Of a stretch of DNA of 64,000 nucleotides, positions 1 to 10,006 are shown one piece after another. The position numbers and the translations under genes were made by a program. The notes beneath the pieces are model-generated. The model searched no databases and was not told the origin of the DNA. It worked only from the letters and a program-made list of their open reading frames with translations. The stretch lies in assembly GCA_963666985.2 (NCBI GenBank), contig CAXXIA010000002.1, positions 2,240,001 through 2,304,000 on the forward strand, written 5' to 3'. The first letter of the stretch is position 1; each line of letters starts with the position of its first letter. Source of the DNA: Spirochaetia bacterium. Its GTDB lineage: Bacteria > Spirochaetota > Spirochaetia > DSM-2461.

Positions 1-1
1 A

Positions 2-319
2 GGCGGTCAGATGCAGCGGGTGGGAATCGCCCGGGCTCTGGTTCAAGATCCGGCGCTTATCCTTTGCGACGAGCCCATCAGTTCTCTGGATCCGAGTTCC
101 GCGAAAATCATTATGGATTACCTGAAAAAGGTTCAGGAGGAATTGGGAATCACCATCCTTGTAAATCTTCATCAGGTGGATGTTGCCAAGAAATACGCGA
201 AAAGAATTCTTGGCTTTAATTCGGGAAAACTGGTTTTCGATAATCGGCCGTCGGAGCTGACGGCGGAAACCATTCATGATATTTACGGGACGGAAGCCGG
301 TGAACTCATCATTGACTGA
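2..319 (+). CDS. phnC: Phosphonate/phosphite ABC transporter ATP-binding protein, 3' part (truncated by window edge)
   Basis: GGQMQRVGIARAL signature, ILCDEP Walker B, NLH switch motif; followed by two PhnE-like permeases. Confidence 0.85.
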   Translation, partial: GGQMQRVGIARALVQDPALILCDEPISSLDPSSAKIIMDYLKKVQEELGITILVNLHQVDVAKKYAKRILGFNSGKLVFDNRPSELTAETIHDIYGTEAGELIID

Positions 320-1097
320 CACCTTTTTTCGCAAGCAGAAGTTCAAGCTGACGCTGTTTATTCTGCTTTTCGCCCTCGTAACCTGGGGAGCCGCCAATCT
401 CACCGGATTTAACCTGATTCGGGCCTTTACCGCCATTCCCAAGGTTGTTCATTGGTTTTTTCATAATCTGATTCCCGATGCCAAGGCCTTCACCCGGTTT
501 CATAAAATTCTGGACAAGCTGATCGATACGATTTTCATGTCCATCATGGCCACGGTGAGTGCGGCGGTTTTTTCGTTTATTTTCGCGCTGATGGGTTCCA
601 CCACCACGCGAAGTACGGCGTTCACGGGAGCGGTTTCCCGATTCACGGCTTCCGTCGGCAGAAACATCCCCGTAGCCGTCTGGGCCATGATTTTTCTGCT
701 TTCGTTCGGACAGAGCGACTTCACCGGATTTCTGGCTTTGTTCTTCTATACGTTCGGCTTTCTGACCAGAGCATTCATCGAAACAATCGATGAAGCTTCC
801 GCTTCTTCGGTGGAAGCCTTAAAGGCCGTCGGAGCCGATTATCCCCAGATTATAACCCAGGCTGTCGTGCCCGCTTCCCTGCCGCAGATGATCAGCTGGA
901 TTCTTTATATGATTGAAACCAATATCCGGAGCGCAACGCTCGTGGGGCTGCTGACCGGCTCGGGAATAGGTTTCATGTTCGATATCTACTACAAGAGTCT
1001 TCAGTTCGGCAGCGCCGGACTGGTGATTTTGATGCTGGTAGTCGTGGTATTGGGCATTGAACTGATTTCCAATGCGCTGAGGAGGCTGATTCTATGA
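300..1097 (+). CDS. phnE: Phosphonate ABC transporter permease (PhnE/PtxC family)
   Basis: Hydrophobic; EALKAVGA EAA loop; ETNIRSATLVG...GIG motif; start codon uncertain (GTG 300). Confidence 0.85.
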   Translation: MNSSLTDTFFRKQKFKLTLFILLFALVTWGAANLTGFNLIRAFTAIPKVVHWFFHNLIPDAKAFTRFHKILDKLIDTIFMSIMATVSAAVFSFIFALMGSTTTRSTAFTGAVSRFTASVGRNIPVAVWAMIFLLSFGQSDFTGFLALFFYTFGFLTRAFIETIDEASASSVEALKAVGADYPQIITQAVVPASLPQMISWILYMIETNIRSATLVGLLTGSGIGFMFDIYYKSLQFGSAGLVILMLVVVVLGIELISNALRRLIL

Positions 1098-1960
1098 GCA
1101 GCGTGAAAAGAACAAAATCCGGTAAAATCATTTTAAAGCGGCCGGGATTGGCGAAATATTCCGTAAACGGCGTTCTTCTTGTTCTGATTCTGTTAACCTT
1201 ATGGGGTTTTTTAACCATTGATACCAAGGGTATCGATTTGGGAGAGGCCGCACGGCAGACAATCCGCTATTTCGGCGTTATGTTCGGAAAGCCGGCGGCG
1301 GTTGCCAGGCATTGGAGTCTGCCGACCGATGCGAATTCCCGGATGGTGTTTCTTACCGCCTGCAGGCAGGTTTTGATAACCCTGGCGTTGGCCTTTCTCA
1401 CGACATTGGTGGGCGGTATCACGGCTCTTATTTTGGGACTGTTCGCCGCTCGGAATCTGACGAACGAGAAAGTCAGCAATGTCATTAAAGGGATTATTGC
1501 CGTAATCCGTGCCATTCCGACGGTTATCTGGGTTCTGATTTTCGCCATCGGCGCGGGGCTGGGCGCCGTTGCCGCCGTTATCGGCATGAGCTTCCATACG
1601 GTGGGGCATTTACTGAAAGCCTATTCGGAATCCTTTGAGGAGCTGGACGAAGGGGTGATTGAAGCGTTAAGGGCTTCCGGGGCGACATGGATGCAGATCG
1701 TCTTTCAGGCCGTTCTTCCTTCGTCCATCACCTACATTCTTTCCTGGACCTTCATCCGTTTTGAAATTAATTTCGCGGTGGCCGTAGCCATGGGTGCGGC
1801 GGCCGGAGCCGGCGGAATCGGATACGAACTGTATATGTCTTCCGGATATTTTTACGACATGCGGGAACTGGGATATATCACATATCTGATTATCGGCGTT
1901 GCTCTGGTTATGGAAGTCATCGCGACCCGGCTGAAAAATCGGTATCACATTCATGAATAA
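1094..1960 (+). CDS. phnE: Phosphonate ABC transporter permease (PhnE/PtxC family), second subunit
   Basis: RAIPTVIW, EALRASGA, RFEINF...GAGGIG motifs; ATGA overlap with previous gene. Confidence 0.85.
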   Translation: MSSVKRTKSGKIILKRPGLAKYSVNGVLLVLILLTLWGFLTIDTKGIDLGEAARQTIRYFGVMFGKPAAVARHWSLPTDANSRMVFLTACRQVLITLALAFLTTLVGGITALILGLFAARNLTNEKVSNVIKGIIAVIRAIPTVIWVLIFAIGAGLGAVAAVIGMSFHTVGHLLKAYSESFEELDEGVIEALRASGATWMQIVFQAVLPSSITYILSWTFIRFEINFAVAVAMGAAAGAGGIGYELYMSSGYFYDMRELGYITYLIIGVALVMEVIATRLKNRYHIHE

Positions 1961-2137
1961 TCTCTGGGCGGCGGCCGGATTAGGATGCGGGTATCTCTCG
2001 GAAGAGGTTTCTTCTCCGATTCGGCGTTTGTTCGGGACATCGGTAAGTGCCGCGGAGGCCTGCCGCCTTCGTTTTGCACGGTTGTGAATCAATTTATAGG
2101 GGTCGTCAGTCTCGGCTCAACATGTTAGCCTGAACCA

Positions 2138-3064
2138 ATGGATTCCGGAATCGCCAGAGGAAACGTCTTCGAGCCTATAGGCAGGGCCTTCGCCGACACA
2201 TGGCTGCAGGTCCGTGCCAAGCCGGTGGTGTATATTTTGATCTGGCTGACCCTTGTTCTGCTTCCCTACGTTGTTTTTGGATTGGCGTTTTCCAGCCCCA
2301 TCTGGACGGCTGTCGGGGAAATGAGTTCCGTGGAACCGCCTCCTTTGGATCAGGTAGCCCTCGACAGCGGCCTTCAAAAGGAGTTCCTTTCCAAGCTGGC
2401 CGCTCCGATGGCCCGTTTCCTCGGCTGGTATGGACTTTTTACGATTCTTAACGCCCTTATGGCCATTTTCACGGCGTCGGTTCTTTCGGGAACCGTGAGA
2501 AAGTTTCGGGATAGGACGTTCCCGAAATACGCGGAGGCCCTGACCGACGGGGCACGGCGGTTCTGGGGATTTCTGAAAGCCGTTCTGTACAGTGCCTGGA
2601 TTATTTTATGGCGTCCGGTGGCGGTGAACCTGATCGGCGGCATCCTCGGATATACTCTGAAGCAGCCGTTCTTGTCGACCGCGGGATTCTTTATCGGCTT
2701 TTTCATGTTTTTCACAAGGCTTTACCGATACGGTCTGGGTCCCTTTATTCACTTGAGCCGGGATGTTCCCGGCCGTGAATCGGTTCGGATCAGCCTGAAT
2801 TATTACATGTCGCGCCGACCTATTGTTTCAATGCTGTTTATGTCGGCCGTCGTGGCGCCGTTTCTTTTATTCATGGTGCTCTTTACAGCCGTGTTTTCTT
2901 CTTTCGGAGGGGCCGGCGGGATTGCCGGAATCGGTTTGTTTCTCGTATGGGTTCTCTGGAGCGTTCTGCAATTCGTCATCATCATGACGCTGCTTAATTT
3001 TTCCATGAATGAAATTGCGGAGGAAACTCCGGTTCGGAACGGGAACGACATTATCAAATCATAA
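2138..3064 (+). CDS. Hypothetical multi-pass membrane protein
   Basis: 308-aa ORF with about six hydrophobic segments; no recognised motif. Confidence 0.6.
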   Translation: MDSGIARGNVFEPIGRAFADTWLQVRAKPVVYILIWLTLVLLPYVVFGLAFSSPIWTAVGEMSSVEPPPLDQVALDSGLQKEFLSKLAAPMARFLGWYGLFTILNALMAIFTASVLSGTVRKFRDRTFPKYAEALTDGARRFWGFLKAVLYSAWIILWRPVAVNLIGGILGYTLKQPFLSTAGFFIGFFMFFTRLYRYGLGPFIHLSRDVPGRESVRISLNYYMSRRPIVSMLFMSAVVAPFLLFMVLFTAVFSSFGGAGGIAGIGLFLVWVLWSVLQFVIIMTLLNFSMNEIAEETPVRNGNDIIKS

Positions 3065-3208
3065 AAAAGGAAAATCGGACCGATCTTTTCTATTGATCGG
3101 GATCTCTTGACATCTCCTATATGTTATATTATCTATATAAAAAGAGTGTAATGAACTGTCCGGTATCGGAAATCGGTGCAATCGAACCGGGCGGTAGAGG
3201 AGATTTTT

Positions 3209-5218
3209 GTGAAGAAGATCCTTATCGTCGGCGGCGTTGCCGCCGGAGCAACCGCCGCCGCCAGAGCCCGGCGTCTTTCAGGGGATGCCGAGATTACCAT
3301 TCTGGAAGCCGGTCCGGATGTCAGTTTTGCCAACTGCGGACTGCCGTATTACATCGGCGGAGATATTCAAAACAGGTCTCAATTGATCCTTCAGAGCCCC
3401 GAAAGCTTTAAAAACCAATATAACGTAACGGTGAAAACCATGACGGAGGTTGTGTCTGTTGATAAGGACGCAAAACTCGTTACGGCTCGGGATAAAGCAA
3501 CCGGAGAAACCGTCGAATATTCTTATGATTCACTTATCTTGGCGCAGGGCGGTAAACCCATCGTTCCCCCTTTGCCCGGTGTTGATAAAGGCCATGTTTT
3601 TTCCCTCTGGACGCTCGAGGATATGGATGCCATTTCTTCCTATCTCGAAGAAGCACAGCCGACGAACGCCGTGGTTGTCGGAGGCGGATTCATCGGCTTG
3701 GAGATGGTTGAGGCGCTGAAAAAGCGGGGCTTGGGAGTAACCGTCGTGGAAAGACTCCCGCAGATTATGCCGAATCTGGAAGGGGAAATCGCCGGTTTCC
3801 TTACCCAAGAACTTGTTTCTTACGGCGTGGATGTCCTTACGGGGCGTTCGGTAACCGAAGTAAAAGATTCTTCGGTAATATTGGACGACGGCCGCGAACT
3901 TCCGGCCGATATGGTCCTGATGTCGGTGGGAGTTCGGCCTACGCTGAAGCTGGCGGAACAGGCCGGCTTAGCCGTCGGTGAGGCCGGCGGACTTCTGGTT
4001 GATGAATATTTGAGAACCGGCGACGCATCCATCTGGGCGGCGGGAGATATGGTGGAGATCGAACACCGCAGTCACGGCGCCAAGGTTCGGATTCCTCTCG
4101 CAGGTCCCGCGAACAGGCAGGGACGGATTGCCGCCACGAACGCACTCGGCGGAAAGAAACCCTATTCGGGATCTTTGGGTACTTCCATTGTTCGGGTTTT
4201 TGAAGCGGTGGCCGGTTCCACGGGTTTGAGTTTGAGCCGGGCCCGTGACGCGGGTCTTCCCGCTGATGCCGTGGTTATTCATAAAGAGAATCATACCTCC
4301 TATTATCCCGGCTCCGAGCAGGTAACCGTCATGGTTGTGTATAATCGGGAGACCGGCGTGATTCTCGGCGGACAAACCGCCGGATACGCCGGTGCCGACA
4401 GGCGCTTGGATGTCTTGGCCACGGCCGCTTCAGCGAAGATGACCGTGGGAGATTTGGCTGATCTCGATTTGGCCTATTCTCCGCCTCTGGGCACCGCCAA
4501 TGATCCGATCAACATGGCGGCCTTTGCGGCCGAGAACCGCCTCAGCGGTTACAGTCCGGCACTTACCGCCGGGGAATTGGACGCCTGGACGGCAAAGAAA
4601 CAGCCTCTGGTTATCGATATTCGGGATACCTTTGCCCGGGAAAAAGCTCATATCGCCGGTTCGGAGCATGTTCCGCTTTCCTATCTGGATGAACATATCA
4701 CGAAGTTTCGCAAAGACAGATCCGTTTTGATTGTGAGCGAGAACGGGAAAAAAGGACATCAGGCGCTTCGCCGTCTGGTACAGGCCGGTTTCACGGAGGC
4801 GGTGAATGCCTCCGGCGGTTATGTCAGTCTGGAACGGCACGCAAGAGCGGTCGGATTCGAGCATCTCGAGGTAGGGCTGCCGTCTCTCGAAGTGAAATCC
4901 TTAGAAACCGGCAGCAGCGGAAAAGTCGAAGACTCGGTTGAAGACGAGGTTACCAATCCCCTTGCCGGCAGCGGTCCCATCGTCCTTGACGTCCGTACTC
5001 CCGAAGAATTCGTTACCGGCGCTTATCAGGGTGCCGTTAATCTGCCGCTGGATGAGTTGGTTCATCGAATTGAAGAACTGGGCGATAAAGAACGCCATAT
5101 AACCGTTTATTGCGCCTCGGGCGCCCGAAGCGCTTATGCACAGCGTCTCCTGATGAAAGTCGGTTATACCCATGTGGAAAACGGCGGCGGCGTAATGGAT
5201 ATGATGTATCGACGATGA
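3209..5218 (+). CDS. CoA-disulfide/persulfide reductase fused to two rhodanese domains
   Basis: GGVAAG FAD motif, SFANCGLPY active site, GGGFIG NAD motif, YSPP, rhodanese YCASGARS; GTG start after GAGGAG. Confidence 0.85.
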   Translation: MKKILIVGGVAAGATAAARARRLSGDAEITILEAGPDVSFANCGLPYYIGGDIQNRSQLILQSPESFKNQYNVTVKTMTEVVSVDKDAKLVTARDKATGETVEYSYDSLILAQGGKPIVPPLPGVDKGHVFSLWTLEDMDAISSYLEEAQPTNAVVVGGGFIGLEMVEALKKRGLGVTVVERLPQIMPNLEGEIAGFLTQELVSYGVDVLTGRSVTEVKDSSVILDDGRELPADMVLMSVGVRPTLKLAEQAGLAVGEAGGLLVDEYLRTGDASIWAAGDMVEIEHRSHGAKVRIPLAGPANRQGRIAATNALGGKKPYSGSLGTSIVRVFEAVAGSTGLSLSRARDAGLPADAVVIHKENHTSYYPGSEQVTVMVVYNRETGVILGGQTAGYAGADRRLDVLATAASAKMTVGDLADLDLAYSPPLGTANDPINMAAFAAENRLSGYSPALTAGELDAWTAKKQPLVIDIRDTFAREKAHIAGSEHVPLSYLDEHITKFRKDRSVLIVSENGKKGHQALRRLVQAGFTEAVNASGGYVSLERHARAVGFEHLEVGLPSLEVKSLETGSSGKVEDSVEDEVTNPLAGSGPIVLDVRTPEEFVTGAYQGAVNLPLDELVHRIEELGDKERHITVYCASGARSAYAQRLLMKVGYTHVENGGGVMDMMYRR

Positions 5219-5289
5219 GAGCGAGGGGAGCGGCTGCGCCGGCGCAGACGGTCCCGAGCCGAAGAAGTCGGCATTTTTCCGCGGATCGG

Positions 5290-6939
5290 CTATTCCCCTG
5301 TTTTCCTACTTTCCTCAACTGTCCTGAGGACTTCGGGCAAGAGCTGTTTTTTCCGCGAAAGGATTCCGGGAAGGCTGAGCACCCCGTTCTGCTGACGTTC
5401 ATAGGGCAGATCGGCAAGCACTTCTTCAAGCCCGTCCATAAGGAGAACACTGTTTTCATTCATTACATCGGTAATCAGAAGCATTGTTCCGTCCAGTGAC
5501 TTTGTTTCTTTGGCTTTCAGGAGTTCCGCTTTCAGCCCCGCCATGGCTTCATCAAGATCCGAGAGTGTCTGGACTTCCACCTGTCCTATTCCGAATCGGA
5601 CGCCGTTTGTATCGTATGTTTTGAAATCTCCGTTAACCGCCGCGGAGGGATCGACATCCGTCAGCCGTGCGCCGGAAGCGAACATCTCGCCTCCCCATTC
5701 AAGCCAATCCACTCCGGCATGCTTGGCCAAACCTTCGGCAGTCTGTCGGTCTTCCTCCGTTGTTGTCGGTGATTTGAGAAGAACGGTATCCGAGAGGATT
5801 GCCGAAAGCATCAGCTTCGCGATTTCCGTAGGAACGGCTATACCATACTGGCGATAGAGCTGGCGCAGTATGGTGCAGGTGCAGCCGACCGGCCGTGTGT
5901 AAAGACTGAAAGGTTCCCGCGACATCACCGAACCGACACGGTGATGGTCGATAATCTCCAGAATCTCCGCGTCGCGGGCGCCGGGTATGCTCTGGTCCAG
6001 TTCGTTATGATCCACAAGGACGAGTTTTTTTCGGGGGCGCTCCAGAAACGATCCCCGGGAAACGATCCCGGCGAACTGATCGGCTTCAAAAACGGGAAGA
6101 CCGCGTAGACCGGAATTGGCGAGTTTCTTCTTCGCATCGTCGAAATCTTCGGCCGTATCAAGCCGTTCCGCGTCTTTATCGATGATGCCGTCAAGAGGAG
6201 TGCTGAAGCGCAGAAGCCGTATGGTCTCGGCCGTATCCACATCCGAAAGGTAAACAGAACCGTCGTAGCGGGAGAAATCGAGTTCCCGTGCTTCCGCTTC
6301 CGTGGCGCCCGTCAGGATAACCGCCGGAAAGCCATGGGTAATGGCGTAGTCCACAAGGTCCCGCCTGAGACCGACGATAAGCATCGGCCGGTTGCTTTCC
6401 AAAGCGGTGATGCGTTCCACGCTGCGTTCAAAGGGCATCGCGCCGATCATAATCGGGGCCGTAAACTCTTCGGAGGTCCCTTTGGCGAGAATTCGGCCCG
6501 GCAGTACTTTCGACAGATTATCGATACGGAACCGGTAGGTGGGGCGGACTCCGAAAGTCTCCCGCATTAAAAAATGACTGACTTCCACGCTGCTGATCGT
6601 TCCTTGGAATTCGCCGTTTTCATCGAAGACCGGAAGAAGGCTCAAACCTGTTTCGTCCAGCATGCTGATGGCCGTCTGCAGGGGAGCTTTGGTCTCAAGC
6701 CTGGGGACATCGCGGTTCACGACGTCGCCGACGATGGTCTTGATGTCTTTCATGTAGCGCGGCGGCTCAAGACCGATTTTTTCAAAGACGATGCGTGTTT
6801 GCTGATTCAGATTGCCGCATCGTACGGCGATATACTTATTATCCTGATCAACGCGGCTTTTAAGATGTGCGTAAACATAAGCCGATGCCACGGAATCGAA
6901 GTCGGGATTACGGTGTCCGGTAACGTAAACGGTGCTCAT
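5290..6939 (-). CDS. ppaC: Mn-dependent family II inorganic pyrophosphatase with CBS and DRTGG insert
   Basis: GHRNPDFDS, DHNE, DHH and SRKKQ motifs with a long regulatory insert. Confidence 0.9.
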   Translation of the reverse strand: MSTVYVTGHRNPDFDSVASAYVYAHLKSRVDQDNKYIAVRCGNLNQQTRIVFEKIGLEPPRYMKDIKTIVGDVVNRDVPRLETKAPLQTAISMLDETGLSLLPVFDENGEFQGTISSVEVSHFLMRETFGVRPTYRFRIDNLSKVLPGRILAKGTSEEFTAPIMIGAMPFERSVERITALESNRPMLIVGLRRDLVDYAITHGFPAVILTGATEAEARELDFSRYDGSVYLSDVDTAETIRLLRFSTPLDGIIDKDAERLDTAEDFDDAKKKLANSGLRGLPVFEADQFAGIVSRGSFLERPRKKLVLVDHNELDQSIPGARDAEILEIIDHHRVGSVMSREPFSLYTRPVGCTCTILRQLYRQYGIAVPTEIAKLMLSAILSDTVLLKSPTTTEEDRQTAEGLAKHAGVDWLEWGGEMFASGARLTDVDPSAAVNGDFKTYDTNGVRFGIGQVEVQTLSDLDEAMAGLKAELLKAKETKSLDGTMLLITDVMNENSVLLMDGLEEVLADLPYERQQNGVLSLPGILSRKKQLLPEVLRTVEESRKTGE

Positions 6940-7084
6940 GAAAAGAATCCTAGCAGAAGCGGCGAATTACGGACACGTACGGAAAAGCACTTTGTACGGA
7001 CAAAATTATATTTGGGCTGATTCCCGCAAACGGATTAGGCGAGATTATTCGCCGGCATTTTATCGTTAGTTTCATTTTTTAAAG

Positions 7085-7156
7085 GAGTTATCAAAAAACG
7101 GCGATTTTGAAACAAAGCCCTTCCAAATCGGATCCGGAGGGTTCCGGCCATCGGTA
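7085..7156. repeat. Dispersed intergenic double-hairpin repeat, copy 1
   Basis: TCAAAAAACGGCGATTTTGAAACAAAGCCCTTCC...GGAGGGTTCCGGCCATCGG resembles 44805-44882 and 46891-46955. Confidence 0.7.
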
Positions 7157-7322
7157 TAAACCATATTCTTGAAGAATGAAATTGCCTCTCTCTGTATGTT
7201 TTTTCTCTATTTTTCCGGAACCGGCGGCAATATAGCGATTAAAATCGTATTAAACTCCTCTTCATTGAATATAATTCAGCCTGCGATTAATCAAACTTAA
7301 AAAAGTCTTAAGGAGACCACTC

Positions 7323-9197
7323 ATGGCTTCTGATTCTCCTGATCTGCGGCGAAATGCGGTGTTCAATTCGATGATCTGTACGGCGCTTCTGCCTGTTTCT
7401 TTATTGATACTTATGGGACCCTTCGGTTATCTGGCCGGATTGATGACATGGGATGAATTGGTAAGGCTCTTTGTCAGCCCTTGGTCGATCGGGACGATAC
7501 TCATCATGATGAGCTTCGGCGCCGTCCTTCAGCTTTCGAGCTGGAAGAAATTCCACCGGCGCTTCAAAGCGGCGAAAGATGATTTCAACAGGGAACAAAC
7601 CATAAAAAAGCGGACTCGATCCGTAATCCTTATTCCCCTTGCCGTGATGTTCGTACATCTATTGATTCTTTTATTGTTTTTCGGAGTCGTTTTTCCCCGC
7701 GATTTCGAGACCTGGTTTATTTATACAACGATGCTCGCTCTGGCATTCGACGCCATGATCGGAAGTATCGCGATCAGTTTTATTATAACAGGAACGGAAA
7801 GGTACATCCGGTCGATTTTCAGCGACCCAAAACCGTTTTATCCCTTGGTCGTGAAGATGTCCTTTATCGTCGCATCGTTTACCGCGGGAGCCGTCGCGAT
7901 GTTCATTACCGTCAACAGCCTGGCCGACGCCGTCGCCGCCACCGGCCGAATCCTTCCGGCATCGTCAATTGTCGCCAATATCCTCGCCGGAGCGGCGGCC
8001 TACGGCTTGATGATCGTTATTCTCGCCAGACTGCGAAATGTCATCATCAAACCTATCCGCAACTTGGTGGATGCGTTTAAAGTTGCCGCGGAAGGGGATT
8101 TCAGAGTTTCCATATCCGTTCCCGCCGGTGACGAGGTTTCGGAGATGGCGGCCATTGCGAATTCCTTTTTTGCCGGGATGAAGGAAAACATCAGGAGTCT
8201 GGGATCCGTCGTCGGGAATCTCACTGAGAATAAAGAAGTCCTGAACGAAAAGGTCCAGGATCTCCTGGCGGCCGTTGAAGAGATCAACGCCAACATCGAG
8301 CAGACAAATAAGCAGATGGAAAACCATAGTACGAACGTCACCGAAACCTCCGCCGCGGTTGAGGAGCTCGCGAGGAATATCGACGCTTTGGGAGAGAACA
8401 TCGCCAGCCAGAACGAGAACGTCGATGAGAGTGATGCTTCGGTAAAGGAAATGCTCGATGCAAGCGCCGATCTCGGATCGTTGACCGGTCAGAGTAAAGA
8501 ACGCGTGAAAGAACTCGTTAAAGCGTCCGAAGGCAACACGAAGGTAATGAAGCAGATGACCGGGCGTATTGAAGAAATCATGGAAAGCTCCGTTATGCTT
8601 CAGGACGCGAATAAACTTATCGCCAATGTCGCGTCCCGAACCAACCTTTTAGCCATGAACGCCGCCATCGAAGCCGCGCATGCCGGAGATGCGGGCCGTG
8701 GATTCTCCGTTGTGGCGGATGAAATCCGGAAACTCGCCGAAACGTCCAGCGAACAATCCAAGTCGATAGGAGAGAGGTTGGACGCCATCGGCCGGTCGAT
8801 CGACAGCTTAGGCGGAGATTCCGCCGATGTACGGGAAGGTTTCGAGACCATGCTTTCCGATATCGGGGATGTGAGCGATTTGAACAACAGACTGTTCGAT
8901 TTCATGATGACGCTGGAATCTTTGGGCAAGGCCGTCTCTTCCTCGCTTTCGACGATGAAGGATATTGCCGGCAACGTCCTTTCGGGCAGCAATGAAATGC
9001 GGGCCGGGAATCGGGAAATAATTACGGCGATTACGAATCTTAACGATATAAGCAGAAACGTAGCCGATGCCGTCGGTGAGATTGCTCAGGGTACGAAAAC
9101 TATGAACTCTTTCACGGCCGAGGTGCGGAATCAGAACAACAGGACCGATAAGGCTTTGCAAACGCTTGAAGCCATTGTAAGTCGGTTCAAGATTTAG
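7323..9197 (+). CDS. Methyl-accepting chemotaxis protein (multi-TM N-terminus, HAMP, signalling domain)
   Basis: [33 protein letters not shown] hairpin tip; GGAG RBS. Confidence 0.95.
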   Translation: MASDSPDLRRNAVFNSMICTALLPVSLLILMGPFGYLAGLMTWDELVRLFVSPWSIGTILIMMSFGAVLQLSSWKKFHRRFKAAKDDFNREQTIKKRTRSVILIPLAVMFVHLLILLLFFGVVFPRDFETWFIYTTMLALAFDAMIGSIAISFIITGTERYIRSIFSDPKPFYPLVVKMSFIVASFTAGAVAMFITVNSLADAVAATGRILPASSIVANILAGAAAYGLMIVILARLRNVIIKPIRNLVDAFKVAAEGDFRVSISVPAGDEVSEMAAIANSFFAGMKENIRSLGSVVGNLTENKEVLNEKVQDLLAAVEEINANIEQTNKQMENHSTNVTETSAAVEELARNIDALGENIASQNENVDESDASVKEMLDASADLGSLTGQSKERVKELVKASEGNTKVMKQMTGRIEEIMESSVMLQDANKLIANVASRTNLLAMNAAIEAAHAGDAGRGFSVVADEIRKLAETSSEQSKSIGERLDAIGRSIDSLGGDSADVREGFETMLSDIGDVSDLNNRLFDFMMTLESLGKAVSSSLSTMKDIAGNVLSGSNEMRAGNREIITAITNLNDISRNVADAVGEIAQGTKTMNSFTAEVRNQNNRTDKALQTLEAIVSRFKI

Positions 9198-9365
9198 CCA
9201 CAATAATGTGAACCGAGTGCCCCCGCCCGCTAGCGACGGCGCTTTTGCGGGGTAAGCGGCGGCAGGGTAATGGAAGAGGGTGAATACGTTTTATCGGTTT
9301 CGTCCGGTACGGCCGCCGAAATCACCCGTTGGGAATCTCCGGAGAATTCGAAGGAGGCGTGTTCG

Positions 9366-9929
9366 ATGCGCATTTTAGTAACGATAGATCACCCGTGGAA
9401 CGGAAGCTTTAATCATGCCGTTCTCGAAAGGGTTGTTCGAACTCTTGAGTCGGAAGGACATGAGGTTGATATTCTCGATCTGCACAAGGACGGCTTTAAT
9501 CCTGTTTTAAGCGAAAAGGAACTTTCTCTCTACACCGCCGGGAAATATCTCGATCCCAAGGTCGGCGAGTATCAGGATCGAATCGGACGGGCGAGTTATC
9601 TTGTTTTTATTTTCCCTGTCTGGTGGGAGGTGATGCCCGCATTGCTTAAGGGTTTTTTCGACAAGGTCTTTCTCCCCGGTTGGGCTTTTCGGGAAGATGA
9701 CGCCTCGCCTTTGCTGTTCTCCGTCGGCGGAGCCACGGTGATAACCACGATGGGAGCGCCGGAATCTCCCCATACTTCCGTGGAACCGGTTCTCTGTCGG
9801 GGTATTCTCGAATTTTGCGGAATAAAAAATAATAAATTGTTCGGCATAAGAGATATAGCGAACAAGCTTCCCGAAGAACGGGCGGCATATCTCGACGATA
9901 TCGAGGCGCATCTGCGGGAATTGGCATAG
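9366..9929 (+). CDS. NAD(P)H-dependent quinone oxidoreductase (flavodoxin-like fold)
   Basis: HPWNGSFN, FPVWWEVMPALLKGFFDKV, TTMG motifs; ATG after AAGGAGG. Confidence 0.85.
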   Translation: MRILVTIDHPWNGSFNHAVLERVVRTLESEGHEVDILDLHKDGFNPVLSEKELSLYTAGKYLDPKVGEYQDRIGRASYLVFIFPVWWEVMPALLKGFFDKVFLPGWAFREDDASPLLFSVGGATVITTMGAPESPHTSVEPVLCRGILEFCGIKNNKLFGIRDIANKLPEERAAYLDDIEAHLRELA

Positions 9930-10006
9930 GAGTTCTTGACCGCCGGATTTGGAAGAATTACGGTTTTTAATAAGCATTAGTAATTTTTCCACCTGAGGAG
10001 ACGGTC

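Noticed and set aside
3107..3140. TTGACA with AT-rich downstream segment as a sigma70 promoter/operator
   Set aside because: No clear -10 at canonical spacing; cannot be fixed by eye
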